From assembly GCF_000014785.1 (NCBI RefSeq), contig NC_008340.1, forward strand, positions 1,410,001 through 1,442,000: 32,000 nt of DNA. Reading direction: 5' to 3'. Position numbers and translations under genes: made by a program. Shown here piece by piece: positions 1 through 9,251 of this stretch. The notes below the pieces were generated by a model. The model had not been told where the DNA came from. It did no database searches and was given only the letters and a program-made list of their open reading frames with translations. How positions within the stretch are numbered: the stretch's first letter is position 1; each line of letters opens with the position of its first letter. The stretch is from Alkalilimnicola ehrlichii MLHE-1. GTDB lineage: Bacteria > Pseudomonadota > Gammaproteobacteria > Nitrococcales > Halorhodospiraceae.

Positions 1-1
1 T

Positions 2-238
2 GCGGTGGTCCTGCCCTTTGAGGCCCTATACGGGACCCGGCGGGTCTACCGGCTGGAGGAGGGGCGCATGCGCGCGGTGGAGGTGGAGCGGCTGGGCGAG
101 GCGCCGCTGCCCGACGGCCGGCGCGGGATGCTGGTGCGCAGCCCGGAGTTGACCGCGGGCACCCGGGTGGTGGTCACCCAGATTCCGCGGGCCATGGACG
201 GGCTGCGGGTGCGCGATCTGGGGAGTGAGGCACCGTGA
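2..238 (+). CDS. RND efflux periplasmic adaptor (membrane fusion protein), C-terminal fragment; the 5' end lies outside the window
   Basis: The ORF is open to the left edge. Its stop TGA 236-238 overlaps the GTG start (235) of the downstream RND permease (GTGA), which is the usual adaptor-pump arrangement. The 77 aa tail is too short to show family motifs, so the call rests mainly on context. Confidence 0.55.
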   Translation, partial: AVVLPFEALYGTRRVYRLEEGRMRAVEVERLGEAPLPDGRRGMLVRSPELTAGTRVVVTQIPRAMDGLRVRDLGSEAP

Positions 239-3200
239 TCCGCGGCGACCGCGCCGGCGGCCTGGCTTGGTTTTCCCGCCACCCGGTGGCCGCCAACCTG
301 GTGCTGATCCTGATGGTGGTCGGCGGGCTGTACTCTGTCACCCAGCTCAATACCCAGTTCTTCCCCAACTTCGAGCTGGACATTGTCAACGTTGAGGTGG
401 AGTGGCAGGGCGCCACCGCCGAGGACGTGGCCGACGGCATCACCCGCCCGTTGGAGGATGAGCTGCGGGACCTGGACGGCCTGCGGGAGATGGTCTCCAC
501 CTCCGCCGAGGGGATAGCGGTGATCACCCTGGAGTTTGCCGAGGGCACCGACATGGCCCAGGCGGTGGAGGACGCCAAGGAACGGGTGGGTCGGGTGCGC
601 AATCTGCCTCCGGACTCGGAAACCCCCACCATCAACCGCATCACCCGCTATGACCCCATCGCCCGGGTGCTGCTCACCGGCGAGGTGCAACCCGATGAAC
701 TGCGCGGCCTCGCCCGCAGCCTGGAGGAGAGCCTGCTGCAGAGTGGGGTGGCGCGGGTGCAGGTCACCGGCCTGCCGGCGGAGGAGATCCGCATCACCAC
801 CCGCAATGAGCGGTTGCTGGACCTGGGGCTCTCCTTCGACCGCTTCGCCGGTCTGATCGCCAGTCAGAGCCGGGATCTGCCCGCCGGCGAGGTGGGCGAG
901 GCCGACGTCGCCCGCCAGTTGCGCAGTCTGGAGCAGCGGCGCAGCGTGGCGGAGTTCGAGAACCTGCAACTCGCCATCGACGGTCGTAACATCCTGCTCG
1001 GCGACATCGCACGGGTGGAACGCCTGCCCCGTGACCGGGAGGTCGAGGTCTATTTCCAGGGCCGGCCGGCGGTGGAACTGCTGCTGGAGCGGGCCGAGCA
1101 GGAGGACGCCCTGGACAGCGCCCGTATCCTCGAGGAGTGGGTGGCGGAAACCCGGCCCACGCTGCCGCCCGGTGTGGAACTGCAGGTCTTCGATGAATCC
1201 TGGGAACTGATCAGCGAGCGCATCGGCCTGCTGGTAAAGAACGGCCTGGGCGGGCTGATTCTGGTGGTGGGCATCCTGTTCATCTTCCTCTCGGGGCGGG
1301 TGGCCTTTTGGGTCACCGTGGGCATCCCGGCCTCCTTTCTGGCCGCCCTGACCGTGCTCTGGCTGGTCGGCGGCAGCATCAATATGATCAGCCTGTTCGC
1401 ACTGATCATGACCCTGGGTATCATCGTCGATGACGCCATCGTCGTGGGCGAGGACGGGCTCTCCCACTACCAGCGCGGCGAGAGCCCCTTCCAGGCCTCG
1501 GAGGGCGGTGCCCGGCGTATGTTCCCGCCGGTGATCGCCTCCTCGCTGACCACCGTGGCCGCCTTCCTGCCACTGATGGCCGTGGGCGGTGTGATCGGCA
1601 ATATCCTGTTCGATATCCCCTTGGTGGTGGTCTGCGTCATCCTGGCGTCGCTGGTGGAGGCCTTCCTGGTGTTGCCAGGCCACCTGCGGCGCTCCTTTGA
1701 GGCCATGCAGCGGGCCGACGGCGGCTGGTCCGGACGGATCTGGCGCCTGCTTCGCCGGCAGCGGAGACAGCCTGCAGCGGAGGCTGGCGGCCGGACGGGG
1801 CCGCCCGGGCCCGGTCCGGTCCGCCGGCGTATCGACGGCGCCTTCGATACCTTCCGCGACCGCTACTTCATTCCGGCCGTGCGCCGGGCGATCGCCTTCC
1901 GCTGGACCACCATTGCCGTGGGCATCGCGCTGCTGATCGGCTCTGTGGGCCTGGTGGCCGGGGGGCGGATCGCCTTCACCTTCTTCCCCACCGTGGAGGG
2001 GACCATCCTTTACGGCAACGTGAGCTTCGTCGCGGGCACCCCACGCGAGCGGACCGAGGCCTACCTGGGCGAATTGGAGCAGGCCCTGCTGGGGGCCGAG
2101 GAGGCCCTGGGCGGTGATCTGCTTCGGGGGCACCTGGTCTACGTGGGCAAGAAGCAGAGCGACGGTGCCGGCACTCAGGACCGGGGGGATCATTACGGCG
2201 CCATCATGGCCGAGTTGGTCTCGCCGGATGCCCGCACGGTCTCCAATCGCGAGTTCATGGCCGCCTGGCGCGAGCGCGTGCCGGAGGCCGCGGGGCTCGA
2301 ACGGTTGGTGGTGCAGGAGCGCATGGCCGGGCCGCCCGGCGATGACCTGGATATCCGGCTGATCGGACCCGATGTGCAACGGTTGAAGGCCGCCTCCGAG
2401 GCATTACAGGACGCGCTGGCCAGTTACACCGGGGTCTCCGCCATCAGCGACGACCTGCCGTGGGGCCAGGAGCAGTGGGTCTACAGCCTCACCGACGAGG
2501 GGCGCGCGTTGGGTCTGGACGTGGCCGAGATCGGTAGTCAGCTGCGTGCCACCTACCTGGGGGAGCTGGTGCAGATCTTCCATGAGCGGCGGGACGAGGT
2601 AGAGGTGCGGGTGCGCCTGGACGAGGAGGAGCGGCGCGGCCTGGCGGCGCTCTCCGACTTCCGAGTGCAGTTGCCCGAGGGCGGGGCGGTGCCGCTGGAC
2701 AGTGTGGCGGTGCTCGACAGCCGCCGCGGCTTTGAGGCCCTGCGCCATGTGGACGCGCGCCAGGCGGTGACGGTGACCGCGGACGTGGATGCCAGTGTCG
2801 CCAACGCCAACCGCATCCTGGCCGATCTGGAGGCGCGGGTGCTGCCCGAGCTGGCGGCCCGCCACGGTCTGGAGTACCGCTTCGGCGGGCGGGCCCAGGA
2901 CCAGGAGGAGACCCTGGCCGACATGCGGGCGGGTCTGGTGCTGGCACTCACCCTCATCTACATCATTCTGGCCTGGATCTTCGGCTCCTACGGCTGGCCA
3001 CTGGTGGTGATGGCGGTGATCCCCTTCAGCCTGGTGGGGGCGTTCCTGGGCCACTGGCTGATGGGGCTGGATCTCACTATCCTGTCCCTGTTCGGGCTGT
3101 TCGGCCTGACCGGTATCGTGGTCAACAACTCCATTATCCTGGTGGTGTTCTATCGCCAGTTGCGGGAGCAGGCCCGGATGGCCGCCGACGAGGCCCTCCT

Positions 3201-3459
3201 GGAGGCCTCGCGCCAGCGGCTCCGGCCGGTGCTGTTGACCTCGCTGACCACCATCGGCGGGCTGGTCCCGCTGCTGTTCGAGACCTCGGTGCAGGCCCAG
3301 TTCCTGATCCCCATGGCGGTCTCCATCGCCGGCGGGCTGGCGGGGGCGACCCTGCTGGTGCTGTTCCTGGTGCCCGCCATGTTGTCCGTCTATGAGCGTG
3401 CCGCGGAGCGCCTGCAGGGGGACGCCAATCGTTTCCGGGAGGCAACAGACCATGGCTGA
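235..3459 (+). CDS. RND efflux transporter permease, AcrB/AcrD/AcrF family (1074 aa)
   Basis: The length is typical of an RND pump. The architecture is an N-terminal TM helix, a large periplasmic loop, a TM cluster (e.g. GIIVDDAIVVGE), a second TM/loop repeat and a C-terminal TM cluster (GIVVNNSIILV). GGGGAG/GAGG Shine-Dalgarno-like sequence sits upstream of GTG 235. Confidence 0.9.
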   Translation: MIRGDRAGGLAWFSRHPVAANLVLILMVVGGLYSVTQLNTQFFPNFELDIVNVEVEWQGATAEDVADGITRPLEDELRDLDGLREMVSTSAEGIAVITLEFAEGTDMAQAVEDAKERVGRVRNLPPDSETPTINRITRYDPIARVLLTGEVQPDELRGLARSLEESLLQSGVARVQVTGLPAEEIRITTRNERLLDLGLSFDRFAGLIASQSRDLPAGEVGEADVARQLRSLEQRRSVAEFENLQLAIDGRNILLGDIARVERLPRDREVEVYFQGRPAVELLLERAEQEDALDSARILEEWVAETRPTLPPGVELQVFDESWELISERIGLLVKNGLGGLILVVGILFIFLSGRVAFWVTVGIPASFLAALTVLWLVGGSINMISLFALIMTLGIIVDDAIVVGEDGLSHYQRGESPFQASEGGARRMFPPVIASSLTTVAAFLPLMAVGGVIGNILFDIPLVVVCVILASLVEAFLVLPGHLRRSFEAMQRADGGWSGRIWRLLRRQRRQPAAEAGGRTGPPGPGPVRRRIDGAFDTFRDRYFIPAVRRAIAFRWTTIAVGIALLIGSVGLVAGGRIAFTFFPTVEGTILYGNVSFVAGTPRERTEAYLGELEQALLGAEEALGGDLLRGHLVYVGKKQSDGAGTQDRGDHYGAIMAELVSPDARTVSNREFMAAWRERVPEAAGLERLVVQERMAGPPGDDLDIRLIGPDVQRLKAASEALQDALASYTGVSAISDDLPWGQEQWVYSLTDEGRALGLDVAEIGSQLRATYLGELVQIFHERRDEVEVRVRLDEEERRGLAALSDFRVQLPEGGAVPLDSVAVLDSRRGFEALRHVDARQAVTVTADVDASVANANRILADLEARVLPELAARHGLEYRFGGRAQDQEETLADMRAGLVLALTLIYIILAWIFGSYGWPLVVMAVIPFSLVGAFLGHWLMGLDLTILSLFGLFGLTGIVVNNSIILVVFYRQLREQARMAADEALLEASRQRLRPVLLTSLTTIGGLVPLLFETSVQAQFLIPMAVSIAGGLAGATLLVLFLVPAMLSVYERAAERLQGDANRFREATDHG

Positions 3460-4207
3460 GCAGGGTACCCCTCGCTTCGGCATTCTGATCATCGGCGATG
3501 AGCTGCTCTCCGGCCGTCGTCAGGACAAGCATATGGCGGCGGTCATCGAGCGCCTGGAGGCGCGGGGCCTGGAGCTGTCATGGGCCCGCATCGTCGGCGA
3601 CGACCCGGCGCTGCTCACCGAGAACCTCCAGCAGACGTTCGCCTCGGGCGATGTGGTGTTCAGCTTCGGTGGCATCGGTGCCACCCCGGACGACCGCACC
3701 CGGCAGTGCGCCGCAGCGGCACTGGGGCTTCCGCTGGTGCTGCACCCCGAGGGTGAGCGGGAGATCCGCGAACAGTTTGGCGAGCGCGCCACCGCCCAGC
3801 GGTTGCGCATGGCTGAGTTCCCCGAGGGGGCGGAGCTGATCCCCAATCCGGTCAACCGGGTGGCTGGGTTCTCCATCCGGCACCATCACTTTGTGCCGGG
3901 GTTTCCGAAGATGGCCTGGCCAATGGTGGCGTGGGTGCTGGACCATCACTATGCCCGCTGGCACGCGCCGGGGGTGCGGGTACAGCAGACCCTTCGCGTG
4001 CCCGGTGCCCGTGAGGGCGACCTGATCCCGCTGATGGAGGCGTTTGTGGCGCGCTATCCGGATCTGCGCCTCTCCTGCCTGCCCAAATCGGATGCGCAGG
4101 GCTTTGAGGTGGAGCTGGGCCTGCGCGGCGAGGGGCACCGGGTGGCGCCGGCCATGCACGAGCTACGCACCGGGGTGGAGGCGCTGGGCTACGAGGTGCG
4201 GGAGTGA
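3452..4207 (+). CDS. Molybdopterin-binding (MoCF-biosynthesis domain) protein, CinA N-terminal-like
   Basis: The N-terminus FGILIIGDELLSGRRQDKH ... GGIGATPDDRT matches the MoaB/MogA/CinA-type MoCF-binding fold. I chose ATG 3452, which is preceded by GGGAGG 9 nt upstream and overlaps the RND stop (ATGGCTGA), over the 3392 ORF start that lies inside the pump gene. Confidence 0.75.
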   Translation: MAEQGTPRFGILIIGDELLSGRRQDKHMAAVIERLEARGLELSWARIVGDDPALLTENLQQTFASGDVVFSFGGIGATPDDRTRQCAAAALGLPLVLHPEGEREIREQFGERATAQRLRMAEFPEGAELIPNPVNRVAGFSIRHHHFVPGFPKMAWPMVAWVLDHHYARWHAPGVRVQQTLRVPGAREGDLIPLMEAFVARYPDLRLSCLPKSDAQGFEVELGLRGEGHRVAPAMHELRTGVEALGYEVRE

Positions 4208-4440
4208 GGCTGCGGCCGGCGGACTGGCTGGTGGCGGCGCTCTTCGCCGTTGGTTGCGCGGCCTGCCTGGTGGTGACCGTGGTGCTGCTGGGCAACGGGC
4301 TGCTGGGCGTATTGGGCCACGGGGAGGCGGCGCTGGGCAGTCCGGGGGATTACCTGGGGGTGATGGCCCTGCTGGCGGCGGTGCTGCTGCCGGTGGTGCT
4401 CTGGGGGCTGGCCCGCCGGCGCCCGGCGGACGACGGCTGA
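4204..4440 (+). CDS. Small hypothetical membrane protein (78 aa, two predicted TM helices)
   Basis: GTG 4204 overlaps the upstream stop (GTGA) and has GAGG 7 nt upstream. Third codon positions are almost entirely G/C, as in the genuine genes here. There are two hydrophobic segments (WLVAALFAVGCAACLVVTVVLLG and VMALLAAVLLPVVLWGL). I recognise no family. Confidence 0.45.
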   Translation: MRLRPADWLVAALFAVGCAACLVVTVVLLGNGLLGVLGHGEAALGSPGDYLGVMALLAAVLLPVVLWGLARRRPADDG

Positions 4441-4460
4441 GGCCGTGCCTGGGCGGATGG

Positions 4461-4491
4461 CCCGATGACCGCGTCGCCGCCGGTCATCGGG
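4461..4491. terminator. GC-rich hairpin between convergent genes (possible bidirectional terminator)
   Basis: CCCGATGACCG (4461-4471) and CGGTCATCGGG (4481-4491) form a perfect 11-bp stem with a 9-nt loop. The minus-strand MFS stop codon (4484-4486) lies inside the 3' arm. There is no U-tract. Confidence 0.4.
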
Positions 4492-5680
4492 CAGCGGTGC
4501 GCCGGCGGTGTGGCCACGCCGCCCGCACCGCCAGCCCGGCCGCCACCAGCAGGGCGGCGCCGCCAAGCCAGAGCAGGGGGCGGTAGCTGCCGCTCCAGGT
4601 AAAGAGCATCGAGTGCGCCCAGGCGGCCGCCGCCTGGGTCAGCGCGAAAGCAGCGGTCAAACGCCCCCAGAGCCGGGCCTGGTGGCCTGGCGGGCAGAGC
4701 TCACTCAGACGCCCGGAGACCAACACCACCATCCCCGGTGTGGTGGCGCCCATGAACAGTGACGATCCAAACAGGACCGGCCCGAAGGGCCAGACCGAGG
4801 GCAGGAGGGTGGCCAGACCCATCAGCCCGAGCGTGGCGGCCAGGGCGGGCGCGAAGCCGAAGCGCCGTGCGGCGGCCCCGGCCAATAGCGCACCGATCAG
4901 GGCACCCAGCCCGAACAGGGTCCAGTAGGCGCTGGCCCGGTCCAGCCCCAGGCCCACCTCCCGCGCCAGGTAATCCACCCAGAACACCGTGTGCGGGATG
5001 TAACCCACCGCCACCAGGCAGTAGCCGGCGGCCAGCAGCAGGACAGCGGTCCGGTCGCTGTAGCGGCGCGGTTGCCAGCGCGGTTTCGGGGCCTCGTCTC
5101 CGCCGTTGGTCCGGGCCGGCCGGGACCAGGTGCGCAGGCTCAACACGGTGGCGAGCAGGGCGGCCCCCGCCAGTGTCGCCCAGCCCATGGCGGCGTGGGC
5201 GCCGGCCATGCCGGGCACCACCATCCCGGAGAACGCCACCCCGATGCCGATGCCGCTGAACATCACCGCGCCCACCGCGGGCCGGTGGCGGGCCGGTGTC
5301 CGGCCCAGTGCCTCGGAGACCGCCACCACCATCAGAATGGCGCCACTGGCCCCGGCCAGCCCCCTCCAGAAGGCGAACCAGGCGAACGGGGCCGGCCACA
5401 GGCAGGCGGCCAGGGCGGCCGTGGTGAGGATCAGGTTCAGGCGGATCACCCGGCCGCCACCGAAGCGCCGGGCCAGGGGTGCCCCGGCCAGCGCCCCCAC
5501 CAGGTAGCCGAGTAGGTTCGCCGCGCCCAGCCAGGCCGTCTGGGTAGCGCTGAACCAGCCCTGCTCCACCATCGGCGTGATCAGTGGGGCGTAGGCGAAG
5601 CGGGCCAGCCCCACGCCCACCAGCGTGGCGGCTAATCCGGCCAGGGCCAGGCGGAGCAGGGGCAGGGGGATCAGCCGCAT
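4484..5680 (-). CDS. MFS transporter, YbfB/YjiJ family (398 aa)
   Basis: A multi-TM protein whose N-terminus [44 protein letters not shown]...[15 protein letters not shown] resembles the YbfB/YjiJ (MFS_4) family. I took the start at ATG 5680. The annotated 481-aa ORF extends upstream through the intergenic region and the tRNA gene and is not credible. Confidence 0.75.
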   Translation of the reverse strand: MRLIPLPLLRLALAGLAATLVGVGLARFAYAPLITPMVEQGWFSATQTAWLGAANLLGYLVGALAGAPLARRFGGGRVIRLNLILTTAALAACLWPAPFAWFAFWRGLAGASGAILMVVAVSEALGRTPARHRPAVGAVMFSGIGIGVAFSGMVVPGMAGAHAAMGWATLAGAALLATVLSLRTWSRPARTNGGDEAPKPRWQPRRYSDRTAVLLLAAGYCLVAVGYIPHTVFWVDYLAREVGLGLDRASAYWTLFGLGALIGALLAGAAARRFGFAPALAATLGLMGLATLLPSVWPFGPVLFGSSLFMGATTPGMVVLVSGRLSELCPPGHQARLWGRLTAAFALTQAAAAWAHSMLFTWSGSYRPLLWLGGAALLVAAGLAVRAAWPHRRRTAAR

Positions 5681-5804
5681 GGGGGCGAACGGCGCGGAAC
5701 GGGGGCACAGGGGACACCGGAATGGGGATGGCGCCGCTTGCGCACACGGTCCTCCTTGGGGGATCGGGGGATGTCCAACAGGGTGCCGTGCCGGCGGGAA
5801 AAGC

Positions 5805-5889
5805 TGGTGCCGCCCCCCGGACTCGAACCGGGACGCCCGAAGGCAAGGGATTTTGAGTCCCTCGTGTCTACCAATTTCACCAGGGCGGC
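5805..5889 (-). tRNA. tRNA-Leu (anticodon CAA), 85 nt with encoded CCA
   Basis: The reverse complement reads GCCGCCCTGGTGAAATTGGTAGACACGAGGGACTCAAAATCCCTTGCCTTCGGGCGTCCCGGTTCGAGTCCGGGGGGCGGCACCA. Acceptor stem is GCCGCCC/GGGCGGC. Anticodon stem is AGGGA/TCCCT with loop CTCAAAA (anticodon CAA). There is a long variable arm, and the T arm is CCCGG-TTCGAGT-CCGGG. The sequence is very close in layout to E. coli leuX. Confidence 0.95.
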
Positions 5890-5971
5890 AGCGGCTGAAC
5901 AGTATACGGCCGGTGCCGGCCGCAATCAATTTTCAGCCGTCTTCCGGGCGCATCTGGTAACATCCCGCGCC

Positions 5972-8159
<2,188 letters not shown>

Positions 8160-8312
8160 CCGGTGGAGGTGAACGGCCGGTGTGGGGCACGGTAACGGAC
8201 AGTCTGGGTGCGGGTCGTGTCTGACGGTTCGAGTGGGGCCGGGGCTGTGCCATAATACCCCCCTTTTGGGTCCGGGCGCCCCGGGTGCCTGTTAGCTACT
8301 GGAGGTTTTCGG

Positions 8313-8651
8313 ATGGATTTCTTCATCTCCCCTGCGATGGCGCAGGGTGGCGCGGACGGGGGTGGCGGCTTGAGTTTCCTGGTCTTCACCCTGGTGTTGA
8401 TCGCCGTGTTCTGGTTTCTGGTGATCCGGCCGCAGCAAAAACGTGTGAAGGCCCACCGGGAGATGCTCTCGGAACTCAAGGTGGACGATGAAGTGGTCAC
8501 CAACGGGGGCGACCTTGGCCGCATCAACTGGCTGAATGACAACTGGGTCGGCCTGCAGGTGACGCCGGAGCAGGAGTGGGTGGTGCAGCGCCAGCTGGTG
8601 GCTCACCAAATGCCCAGGGGGACGGTGGAGCAGTCCTGGGCACAGGACTGA
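8313..8651 (+). CDS. yajC: YajC-family preprotein translocase subunit, divergent paralog 1 (112 aa)
   Basis: MDFFISPAMAQGG, a single TM helix ending FWFLVIRPQQKRVKAH, and DEVVTNGGDLGR are present. GGAGG lies 8 nt upstream of the ATG. Confidence 0.8.
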   Translation: MDFFISPAMAQGGADGGGGLSFLVFTLVLIAVFWFLVIRPQQKRVKAHREMLSELKVDDEVVTNGGDLGRINWLNDNWVGLQVTPEQEWVVQRQLVAHQMPRGTVEQSWAQD

Positions 8652-8717
8652 CCCGACCCATGCACCGGCCAGCGTGCCGGTGCCCCGATTATCAGTAACG
8701 ACTGACAGGAGCGACCG

Positions 8718-9224
8718 ATGGACTTTTTCATTTCCACTGCCATGGCCCAGGGCGGCGGTGAGCAAGGCAACCCGCTGTTCGGCATCATCTTCCTGGTCCT
8801 GATGATGGCGATCTTCTGGTTCCTGCTGATCCGCCCGCAGCAGAAGCGCCAGAAGGCGCACCAGAAGATGGTCACCGAACTCTCCCGGGGTGACGAGGTG
8901 GTCACCAACGGCGGGGTGCTGGGCCGCGTCACCGCCGTCGGTGAGACCTTCATCACCCTCGAGGTCTCCAAGAGCCAGCAGGTGCGAGTCCAGAAGAACG
9001 CCGTCGCCAATGTAATGCCCAAGGGCACCATCAAGGAGCAGGAGAAGGCGGCGCAGCAGGCCAAGAAGGAGGCCAAGCGGCAGGACAAGCAGGAAGCGGT
9101 CGAGGACCGGTCCGATGAGACGGCCGTTGACGAGGCGCCGTCCGGGGCGGAAGAGCCGGAGACCGAGCGGGCCGCCGAGGGTTCCGAGGATGCCACCCAG
9201 GACAAGGACCGGCCGGCGCGCTAA
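8718..9224 (+). CDS. yajC: YajC-family preprotein translocase subunit, paralog 2, with a roughly 60 aa charged C-terminal tail (168 aa)
   Basis: MDFFISTAMAQGG, FWFLLIRPQQKRQKAH, DEVVTNGGVLGRVTAV and VMPKGTIKE match E. coli YajC closely. AGGAG lies upstream and the gene sits immediately before secD. Confidence 0.9.
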   Translation: MDFFISTAMAQGGGEQGNPLFGIIFLVLMMAIFWFLLIRPQQKRQKAHQKMVTELSRGDEVVTNGGVLGRVTAVGETFITLEVSKSQQVRVQKNAVANVMPKGTIKEQEKAAQQAKKEAKRQDKQEAVEDRSDETAVDEAPSGAEEPETERAAEGSEDATQDKDRPAR

Positions 9225-9251
9225 GGCGAGGCGCCCGTTGGCGGAGGCAGA

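Noticed and set aside
1741-1830. An Arg/Pro/Gly-rich stretch (RLLRRQRRQPAAEAGGRTGPPGPGPVRRR) in the RND pump's central cytoplasmic linker, as a possible unusual insertion.
   Set aside because: The TM6-TM7 linker of RND pumps is naturally variable and basic. Without an alignment I cannot show it is an insertion, and the composition fits high-GC bias.
46-2379. A 777-aa ORF on the minus strand, antisense to the RND pump. Similar long antisense or out-of-frame ORFs include 9594-11636 (680 aa), 13604-15439 (611 aa), 20469-21791 (440 aa), 24709-26016 (435 aa), 22694-23929 (411 aa), 8292-9497 (401 aa), 30650-31765 (371 aa) and 21858-22997 (379 aa).
   Set aside because: All lie opposite or out of frame to genes with unambiguous family motifs. 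Their translations are low-complexity Arg/Pro/Gly/Ala/His/Gln strings with no recognisable domains. This is the expected stop-codon-poor artefact of very GC-rich DNA.
5681-5929. Upstream extensions of ORF-track entries: 4484..5929 (MFS), 5738..5971 (queA), 3392..3451 (CinA-like), 12251..12376 (CBS), 16117..16185 (spoVR), 18572..18712 (peroxiredoxin).
   Set aside because: The extensions run through a tRNA gene, the upstream coding sequence or intergenic DNA, and add non-homologous residues. Internal starts with Shine-Dalgarno sequences and homolog-matching N-termini were chosen instead.
5681-5971. The tRNA-Leu(CAA) locus as a possible genomic-island integration site.
   Set aside because: No integrase, no direct repeat of the tRNA 3' end and no compositional shift is visible on either side. 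Flanking genes (queA and an MFS) share the window's GC-rich composition.
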